Positions 57,124-64,000 of a stretch of 64,000 nt of DNA are shown piece after piece. The position numbers and the translations under genes are program-made. This DNA is from a virus. The notes under the pieces are model-generated. The model was not told the DNA's origin. It was given only the letters and a program-made list of their open reading frames with translations, and did no database searches. Within the stretch, counting starts at the first letter, position 1, and the number at the start of each line of letters is the position of its first letter. The stretch covers positions 1-64,000 of the IMG/VR virus record IMGVR_UViG_3300033146_001917; one strand, given 5' to 3'.

Positions 57124-57567
57124 ATGATAATGGCCATAATAACACGTTGTCCCGATCTGATACCAATAATCCAATTCGACGATGAGAAACGCGAATATGC
57201 TGTAGCTAGCTGGAATCAAGACGAAGCTGGCGAAGCTGAAACTTACCTAGCGGTTTACGAATCTAAAATAATTGGAGTTATGCATGCAATGATGCATGAA
57301 GGTTGTTTATGGTCAGGAGGAACTGTAGTTAATAGATCGTACCAACATCAAGGTATCGCTAAGGAATTATGGAGTACAGCTATAAACAACATCCGCCCTC
57401 AAAAAATTAATATAACTGTTACAAGCGACCGAGGATATACTTTAGCACTATCACTAAAACATACATATCCTAGAATATCTTGGGACATTATCCAAAATGG
57501 GAATCGCTTACTACGTAATATGAAAAAAATAAAACTAAATAATACCAATGGTACGTATGAAACATGA
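57124..57567 (+). CDS. GNAT acetyltransferase
   Basis: VNRSYQHQGIAKEL acetyl-CoA-binding motif. Confidence 0.75.
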   Translation: MIMAIITRCPDLIPIIQFDDEKREYAVASWNQDEAGEAETYLAVYESKIIGVMHAMMHEGCLWSGGTVVNRSYQHQGIAKELWSTAINNIRPQKINITVTSDRGYTLALSLKHTYPRISWDIIQNGNRLLRNMKKIKLNNTNGTYET

Positions 57568-57979
57568 CTATTGTGATGGGTGTACGGTCCGATGTTTCGA
57601 CAAACAAGAATGGTGTCTAAACGATAAATTTCATCCCAAAAATGGTCATGTTATTGAATGTGTTAATGGTGATAAATTCTGGTATTTGGATGATAAACTT
57701 CACCGTAAAAATGGACCTGCAATAGAGTTAAGAAATGGACATAAATACTGGTATAAAAATGGATTCTTAAATAGACTAGATGGTCCTGCAATAAAATATC
57801 TAAATGACACGCAAGAATGGTATCTGAACGGCAGACGTCACCGTGAAGACGGACCGGCTGTTGAACGGGCTGATGGCAGCGAAGAATGGTGGATCGAAGG
57901 TCGTAAACTTACTAAATCAGAATTCTTTAACATTATAGGTAGGTACAAAGTACGTATAAATAGAATAATAGAATTATAA
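57548..57979 (+). CDS. HR(E/L)DGPA-repeat phage protein
   Basis: Four repeats of W.LN.K.HR.DGPA.E. Confidence 0.75.
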   Translation: MVRMKHDYCDGCTVRCFDKQEWCLNDKFHPKNGHVIECVNGDKFWYLDDKLHRKNGPAIELRNGHKYWYKNGFLNRLDGPAIKYLNDTQEWYLNGRRHREDGPAVERADGSEEWWIEGRKLTKSEFFNIIGRYKVRINRIIEL

Positions 57980-57991
57980 TACAAAAGTGAC

Positions 57992-58240
57992 TTGTTTGCA
58001 ACTACTTGGATAACACATGGACGTTGCAGTACGATGATTGATCATCTAACTAGAGATGGCAATACAGAAATAAGTATGCGTCGTACACAAGAATTTATTT
58101 CAATATGTATCAAAGATGTACTAGCGAATTGCGATTCTGAGTTTCTAAATTTATCTAAAAAGATACGTAAACAATATCAAGGTAGTATGACCAAATTGAT
58201 ATCAAAATGGTGGACAAATTATGTACGTAACAATAGTTAA
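57992..58240 (+). CDS. hypothetical protein
   Basis: 82 aa ORF; start uncertain. Confidence 0.4.
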   Translation: MFATTWITHGRCSTMIDHLTRDGNTEISMRRTQEFISICIKDVLANCDSEFLNLSKKIRKQYQGSMTKLISKWWTNYVRNNS

Positions 58241-58254
58241 AATAGAGAAATATT

Positions 58255-58758
58255 GTGGGTGATGAGCGAAGAGGACAACTCTTTGCTCAATGGATAACAC
58301 ATAATTTCCCAAAGAGTAAAAACATACTAGACGTTGCAGGAGGAAGGGGTCAAGTAGCTCGTAAATTAGCTAATAAAAAATGTCACATACACATTGTAGA
58401 CGCTAAGCCTCGCTTTGCGGGCAAATTACATCCTAGAATTAGTTACGAAGGAACTTGGTTCGATGGAGATGTATATAAATCTCAATCTTACAACTTAGTT
58501 ATAGGCATGCATCCAGATGAGGCTACTGGTGAAATAATAAGATATGCAATTAAAACTAATATTCCATTTGCTATAGTACCATGCTGTATCAAGGGACGTG
58601 ATGCTAAACATATTTCTAAATTTAATGATTGGATTAAGCATCTTACAGATATGGCTAAACAAAAAGGATTTAAAATCGAAATACATAAATTGAAAATGCA
58701 AGGGAAAAATACGATTATAACAGGAAAACCAACACAACAAACCAGAAAGAAAGATTAG
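58255..58758 (+). CDS. class I SAM-dependent methyltransferase-like protein
   Basis: ILDVAGGRG, GMHPDEAT and FAIVPCC. Confidence 0.75.
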   Translation: MGDERRGQLFAQWITHNFPKSKNILDVAGGRGQVARKLANKKCHIHIVDAKPRFAGKLHPRISYEGTWFDGDVYKSQSYNLVIGMHPDEATGEIIRYAIKTNIPFAIVPCCIKGRDAKHISKFNDWIKHLTDMAKQKGFKIEIHKLKMQGKNTIITGKPTQQTRKKD

Positions 58759-58761
58759 AAA

Positions 58762-59484
58762 ATGTATATACTGTTACTAGGATTATTGACAAGCACTCCA
58801 GCCGAAACAAAAATAGACATTCTTGCAGATGAAATTGCTTCTCAATGTAGAGCAATAAGCCATAAAGAATGCCTTGCAATTGTAAATAAAACAATCGACA
58901 CACAATACGTATGTTCTGGACAATATAATGATACAACGCCAGCATGTATTCGATTTAGATATAATTTTAATTCCAGCTTGTGTTCGTTCGGAAGTTATGT
59001 AGGGTGCATGAACATGACTCCGTTGATATCTGACCCTGAATATCAAATAAGTTTCTTTGCTGCAGCATGCAGGCTGGAATCAGATGATATCTGCTCTGTT
59101 GCTGCCTATAGATTATTGCAGATAAATCTCAAGAAACATTACACAACTATCCAGGAGTTAGGTAAATTAGGATGTAATGCTAACGTAGGAACAAGCTGTG
59201 CTGTGCTAAGCGTAGCAATTATGAAGCTTCATCCTGATAGCGAGAAAGACATACACCAAGCCCTAATATATGCTAGAAAAGGATGCGATACTAATCCAGG
59301 AACATGCTTTCTAGCAGGTTACGTCGCATTGGCAGAGGCTAGTCTTCTTTACAAAATGCAGTGTGATTTGGGACAAGAACTTGCATGTATGATGCAAAGA
59401 AAAGCCAAGAGATTGGCTCAGTCTACAGAAAGTACTACTATTAAAGCTATAACAGCTAATAATCCAGCAGGAATAACAAGATGA
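58762..59484 (+). CDS. secreted Cys-rich Sel1-like repeat protein
   Basis: Signal peptide; repeated C......C helices (ARKGCD, CDLGQELAC). Confidence 0.6.
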   Translation: MYILLLGLLTSTPAETKIDILADEIASQCRAISHKECLAIVNKTIDTQYVCSGQYNDTTPACIRFRYNFNSSLCSFGSYVGCMNMTPLISDPEYQISFFAAACRLESDDICSVAAYRLLQINLKKHYTTIQELGKLGCNANVGTSCAVLSVAIMKLHPDSEKDIHQALIYARKGCDTNPGTCFLAGYVALAEASLLYKMQCDLGQELACMMQRKAKRLAQSTESTTIKAITANNPAGITR

Positions 59485-59807
59485 AAACTCTACTTACTTT
59501 CTTATTTTTAGTTAATCCCGCGCTTAATACTTACGATGTTAATAGCTGGGTATTAACTTGTGTATTGCAAGAAGTTGCTACTACATGCACAATGGTTGGT
59601 GATGCATACTATGATTCAGTGCTTGCAGAACAAAATAACTACCTCGCAATAAAATTTTATACAGAGGGATGTGAACTTGGAGATCCAATAGCTTGTGATA
59701 AATTAGCTATTTTTTATACAGAGGGAATTATAGTTGTAGCAAATCCTGTACTAGCTGCTCAATATTCAAATAGAGCTATATGTCTTAGGCAACATACTTG
59801 TATCTAA
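59481..59807 (+). CDS. secreted Sel1-repeat protein
   Basis: AIKFYTEGCELGDPIACDKLAIFYTEG. Confidence 0.7.
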   Translation: MKTLLTFLFLVNPALNTYDVNSWVLTCVLQEVATTCTMVGDAYYDSVLAEQNNYLAIKFYTEGCELGDPIACDKLAIFYTEGIIVVANPVLAAQYSNRAICLRQHTCI

Positions 59808-62800
59808 CTATTCTACTGCAGCAGTAATATCTAAATAATGTACCGTTAGTGATATAACTCCAGCTGTAGCTGGACCACCATTTGCTGTTACTACAATTTC
59901 TTGATTAGATAATGATGGATTTGGTAATACAGCAGTAGCATTTGTGTTATCAAATGTTGTTCCTGCAGTCAGTGCAATTCCCGCCGCAAAAATATCTGTA
60001 TCTCCTGATATACCAATATCAAGATCAGTGCATCCAGTAAATTCTGTATTAACCCTACCTGTTACTCCAACCACAAATGCTCCATGAGGTATAATATTAC
60101 TTGCTGTAGTCTTAGTTGAATCTCCAGAAAAAGTTAAGGTTTCGGATTTCATCTTAATAGCTACAGTTGCCTGTTTATCTGATTGTACAGTTACGTTATC
60201 TGTTGCAATAAATGATAAAGCTTCTTGATTACCTAATTGAAGAATCTTAGCATCACCAACGTATGGATCATAAACAATACGAGATCCTTCACTACCTACA
60301 ATCGCAGAATAATTTTCTACTTCAGTCCAGTTAATAACAGTATTGTCATAAAATTCAACATCACCACTAGCACCTTTAAATGTAAGATGACTTAAGGAAC
60401 GTGGAATCTTGATAGTGCTATGATCTTCTACGTGAATAGCATATGGTGCCAACTGGTCTGATATTACTCTTTCAGTATAATATTTACCAAAATTCATAGT
60501 GCCTCTAGCAACTCGTAAATATGACGACCCATAATCCTGAAAAACTTCAGTACCAGCAAGATTTATATAAGTACCTCCTCTAGTAACAGTAGTTCCTATT
60601 ATACCTATACTATGTGTGCTAGTTATTCCAGCTCCAATGAATAATCTAATACTACGACCCCAACACTGAATACTACCTGCCTTTATATGCGTATATGGCC
60701 AATCTTTGGCATATAAAATAGATTCTTTTATAAATATTTTTTGCATATCTATTATGGCTAAATTAACTACACGAGAAGCATTAGTTAATTCCATATAACC
60801 ATTAAGAAAAGAATTTATGGCACCTTTAGAATTTTTGCTTTCAATATTAATTGCATCGCATTTGAAACAATTGCCGCCTATCTGTTGATCATCATTCCAA
60901 ACATTGTCATGTACAAGTAAGGTGGTGGCACGTTTAACAATACGCACTACTGATGTATTGTCTAGTGTGGTAGTTGCTAATGTGGCCAATGTTATTGTAG
61001 AACCATCATTGTACCTAATTGGAAACCTAGATCCAGATCCAGTACCTGACATAACCAACAAATAGTATCCAGTATACGCATTAGTAATTAATCCAGGATT
61101 TGCAGTAAGTGTTATTACTGAATCAGGATATGCAACCCAACTAGACACATTCATATCAGCTGTTCCAGTTATCTGTTCCCAAGAATCATCACCAGCTAAT
61201 ACGATAAAGTTAGGATATCCTCCATAGTATGGACTTAAATTCTGGTCAAATACATGGTATCCTTCACTTAATAAATCATTAGATGATAATTGCCATTCTC
61301 CTACTGGAAACTGAAGAGTAATATCGTGATGTACAAACTCAGGAATAGCTCGTATTGCTGCGGCAACAGTTTTTATTGGACCCCATGCATTAGCTTGAGT
61401 CTGATTTGCAATAGTAATTGATTCAGATGGATCAGTTCCATTGACTGAATCCATCTGAATAGTGAAACTCTCTTGTGTCGCAGATACTGCAAAACTATCT
61501 ACATAATGTTTGGTAACTGCATGCGTATTCAACGTAGGTTCACTAGGAATGAGTAAATTTCGCCCTACTGCGCAATCTCCAGATTCCGTGACTTGGAATG
61601 CTAGAGTTTCAGAACCTGGATTACCTATATCTACTCGAAACACTCCACCACCAGCACCACCAGCTTGATGAGATAATTGTGTATGATTAACTTGTTCAGC
61701 TGAACCATCCCAATAATGTCCCTTCAATAATAGAGGAGGAGAACCTTTAAGTGGAGCACTTGCAGTAGCTTCTTCCCCATTCATCCATGTTTGTCCATCA
61801 GCGTATACTGCCCATATTGGACGTTGATTTATGGTATGATCCATAAGCTTAAACATAGGATAATTCTGAGCAAACTCAGACGCTCGTACAACAAACGCAT
61901 TGGATAATGCATTGTTGGCATAAAATAGACCATAGTTAGTAGCCCATGCATTTGGACTAGTAGGGTCAACTCCATCGTCATGAACTAATGCCTGATAACA
62001 AACAGAATTAGATTGGTTTTTAACAGATTCTTGGAATCCTCCACTGCCTTGAAATGTAGCAATAAATCCATTTTCTTGCTTTGGAATACTGTTTGTTGGA
62101 GGGTCTTGCCAACCACCAAACATAGCTGATTCGTATCCATAGCTAGATGTATTATTACCTAGATGAGCCACGTAATGAGCATCTCCAGCTCCACGATGCA
62201 TAATTTTAGTAAATGATCCACCGACAATAGACTGTTCTGTTATTTCACCATAGAGCCAATATCTAAAGTCTGTTTCTCCCGGGCGATGATCTATTCGTGC
62301 ATAAATAGATGCATTTTCGGTAGCAGTATCATAAGGTGGAACATAGTGTCTCTGATAATAACTTACTGATGTAGGGTTAGGAGTTTCAGTATTGTTGGTT
62401 AAACCTGACACTATGTCTACTTGATTAGTTCCCACTACTAATCCATCTTGAGTATGTAATTGGTTACAATATATATCCGTATAGTCACTGTCGTCTGCTA
62501 GTCTAATATTAAGAGAATTACCATTTTGATATATAGCAGGATAGACAGAGGAATCCCCGCCAAAAAAAATAGGGCCTAACATGGCCCGAGTTCCGTCTTG
62601 ACGAAAATATATGGTATGATCATCATCATTTAAACCTGATAATCCACCATGGTCAAATAGTGTTATATCAACCATATCAGGGTCTAGTTTACCATTCGAG
62701 TTTAGTAAAACTGGATGCCCGGCACCTTCAGATCCAGATACAGAATCCAAAAAAGAACTACGAATAAAATACCTATCATTTAATTCTACATGTGCAGAAG

Positions 62801-63011
62801 TGCTAACTTCATGTAATGATAAAGCAGCTTGTTCATCAATGGCTTCTACTTGCTGAATACGAGTGGTAAGATCTATAAGCTCTTTCTGTAGAGAAACCAA
62901 TAAGCTCTTGTACTCTTGACGAGTAGAGGCATGATTAAGTCCTCGTTGCACATTGTTGAGAACATATTCTATAGATCGTATTCGTTGTTCTTCAATTGGA
63001 TTCCAAGACAT
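59808..63011 (-). CDS. putative virion structural protein (tail fibre/spike-like)
   Basis: 1067 aa, beta/Gly/Thr-rich; DHGGLSGLNDDDHTIY and HAVTKHYVD motifs common in tail fibres. Confidence 0.6.
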   Translation of the reverse strand: MSWNPIEEQRIRSIEYVLNNVQRGLNHASTRQEYKSLLVSLQKELIDLTTRIQQVEAIDEQAALSLHEVSTSAHVELNDRYFIRSSFLDSVSGSEGAGHPVLLNSNGKLDPDMVDITLFDHGGLSGLNDDDHTIYFRQDGTRAMLGPIFFGGDSSVYPAIYQNGNSLNIRLADDSDYTDIYCNQLHTQDGLVVGTNQVDIVSGLTNNTETPNPTSVSYYQRHYVPPYDTATENASIYARIDHRPGETDFRYWLYGEITEQSIVGGSFTKIMHRGAGDAHYVAHLGNNTSSYGYESAMFGGWQDPPTNSIPKQENGFIATFQGSGGFQESVKNQSNSVCYQALVHDDGVDPTSPNAWATNYGLFYANNALSNAFVVRASEFAQNYPMFKLMDHTINQRPIWAVYADGQTWMNGEEATASAPLKGSPPLLLKGHYWDGSAEQVNHTQLSHQAGGAGGGVFRVDIGNPGSETLAFQVTESGDCAVGRNLLIPSEPTLNTHAVTKHYVDSFAVSATQESFTIQMDSVNGTDPSESITIANQTQANAWGPIKTVAAAIRAIPEFVHHDITLQFPVGEWQLSSNDLLSEGYHVFDQNLSPYYGGYPNFIVLAGDDSWEQITGTADMNVSSWVAYPDSVITLTANPGLITNAYTGYYLLVMSGTGSGSRFPIRYNDGSTITLATLATTTLDNTSVVRIVKRATTLLVHDNVWNDDQQIGGNCFKCDAINIESKNSKGAINSFLNGYMELTNASRVVNLAIIDMQKIFIKESILYAKDWPYTHIKAGSIQCWGRSIRLFIGAGITSTHSIGIIGTTVTRGGTYINLAGTEVFQDYGSSYLRVARGTMNFGKYYTERVISDQLAPYAIHVEDHSTIKIPRSLSHLTFKGASGDVEFYDNTVINWTEVENYSAIVGSEGSRIVYDPYVGDAKILQLGNQEALSFIATDNVTVQSDKQATVAIKMKSETLTFSGDSTKTTASNIIPHGAFVVGVTGRVNTEFTGCTDLDIGISGDTDIFAAGIALTAGTTFDNTNATAVLPNPSLSNQEIVVTANGGPATAGVISLTVHYLDITAAVE

Positions 63012-63257
63012 TTAGTCCTCCATTACAGGTGGTTGAGCTGACTTTCGAGTAGTAACAAATTTACTACTTACATTCATTCCACAATAAGTACCATATACAC
63101 CCATAATCCCAGCGACAAAAGCAGCTAATACAGACGCAGACGCTTCTCCGCCAAATGATTTACTAACTATCATTGCTATAGTAACAGCAGTGGTAAGTAA
63201 AAGTGCGAGAAGTCCCATAAAAAATTTACGACTAGTTTTCTTAGATTTATTAGACAT
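63012..63257 (-). CDS. holin-like two-TM protein
   Basis: SRKF followed by two TM helices. Confidence 0.55.
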   Translation of the reverse strand: MSNKSKKTSRKFFMGLLALLLTTAVTIAMIVSKSFGGEASASVLAAFVAGIMGVYGTYCGMNVSSKFVTTRKSAQPPVMED

Positions 63258-63664
63258 TATTTATTCCTCCAATTTGGTAATAATCTTTTTACATCATATC
63301 TAACTTCTTCAAGTGTTTTATTGATGTTATCAAGTGTTGTTTCAATTGTGCGTTGCTTCAATTGGATCTGACGAATTTCTTCATCAAGTCTTTCGTGCCT
63401 TGTTGTAGCTACGGTATTGTATTTTTCAAGACGTTGTTCGATAACATCATTAGCTGCTTCCAGCGATGAAATCTTAGTAGTGACTATACCGTAAGAGATA
63501 CCTACAGATAGAATTACTGCTACTAATGCCACAAGTGCTTGAACCCAAGAAAATATTTTATAATTTTTTTCAATAGGATTAGTGTTCTGTCTTTCAGTAA
63601 GTTCAGCAATCATTTCGTCTTGTTTTCTTAGTGTAGACAATACTAGTTCTAATTCTTCTGACAT
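63257..63664 (-). CDS. single-TM coiled-coil protein (lysis-module-like)
   Basis: One TM segment followed by a long coiled coil; GGAG RBS. Confidence 0.5.
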   Translation of the reverse strand: MSEELELVLSTLRKQDEMIAELTERQNTNPIEKNYKIFSWVQALVALVAVILSVGISYGIVTTKISSLEAANDVIEQRLEKYNTVATTRHERLDEEIRQIQLKQRTIETTLDNINKTLEEVRYDVKRLLPNWRNK

Positions 63665-63723
63665 AGATAATCTCCAATTGGTGGATTATCTAATTTTATC
63701 ATACCGAAGATGATGGACAAGAA

Positions 63724-64000
63724 CTAGAGATCGTTTTGTACCATGGAAGACACTAAGTCATGAAATGAATACTGGGGGTACCAATTCAGTAAATTATGTG
63801 CTTTAGAAGCGTCACCAATTAGCACATTGACTTCTGCAGGACGGAAGAATCTAGGATCAACTGTAACATACTTCTGGTAATCACCTAGTCCAGCAATACC
63901 AAAAGCTATTTCACAAAATTCACGTATAGAACGAGTTTCTCCAGTAGCTAGGATAAAATCTTGTGGTTCATGATGGTTTAACATTCTCCACATACCCTCT
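63724..64000 (-). CDS. gmd: GDP-mannose 4,6-dehydratase, C-terminal part (runs off the window)
   Basis: MWRML....PQDFILATGE..SIREF...DPRFFRPAEV..LIGDASKA...L.W.P. Confidence 0.9.
   Translation of the reverse strand, partial: EGMWRMLNHHEPQDFILATGETRSIREFCEIAFGIAGLGDYQKYVTVDPRFFRPAEVNVLIGDASKAHNLLNWYPQYSFHDLVSSMVQNDL

Noticed and set aside
897-59046. Many short ORFs antisense to or nested in long genes (e.g. 897-1211, 38607-39002, 46208-46588)
   Set aside because: They shadow well-supported genes and have no motifs or RBS; only 39971-40402 carries a recognisable motif.

Overview
This window looks like a 64 kb segment of a large, AT-rich dsDNA bacteriophage genome (jumbo-phage-like), read in the standard bacterial genetic code. 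Genes are densely packed: a long + strand block (1-47764) converges on a - strand block (47745-64000), which is interrupted by a + strand island (57124-59807). Content, left to right: accessory secreted/lipoprotein genes; a tRNA/RNA-repair region (CCA-adding enzyme, RlaP-like nucleotidyltransferase, RtcB, phosphoesterase, three tRNAs); a retron-type reverse transcriptase with an HNH gene; ClpP; a Whirly-like ssDNA-binding protein; a Ycf46-type AAA/DUF1257/DUF2997 triad; class II RNR; RecA; a two-gene DnaE; nucleotide metabolism genes; PhoH; UDG; a sigma-like factor; an amidase; a primase-helicase; a Cas4-like nuclease; a putative tail protein; holin-like genes; and Gmd. The most unusual elements are: (1) a ~415 nt highly structured RNA (14991-15403) with two circularly permuted tRNA-like domains, placed right after an uncharacterised gene that also has a structured leader; (2) a recA split across two genes by an intein with a 15-aa N-fragment, where the intergenic gap holds a cryptic second copy of the intein N-terminus; (3) a Thr-initiated DnaE intein with a Vsr/DUF559-like endonuclease relic in the +1 frame. 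All family assignments come from motif recognition by eye; no database searches were run.
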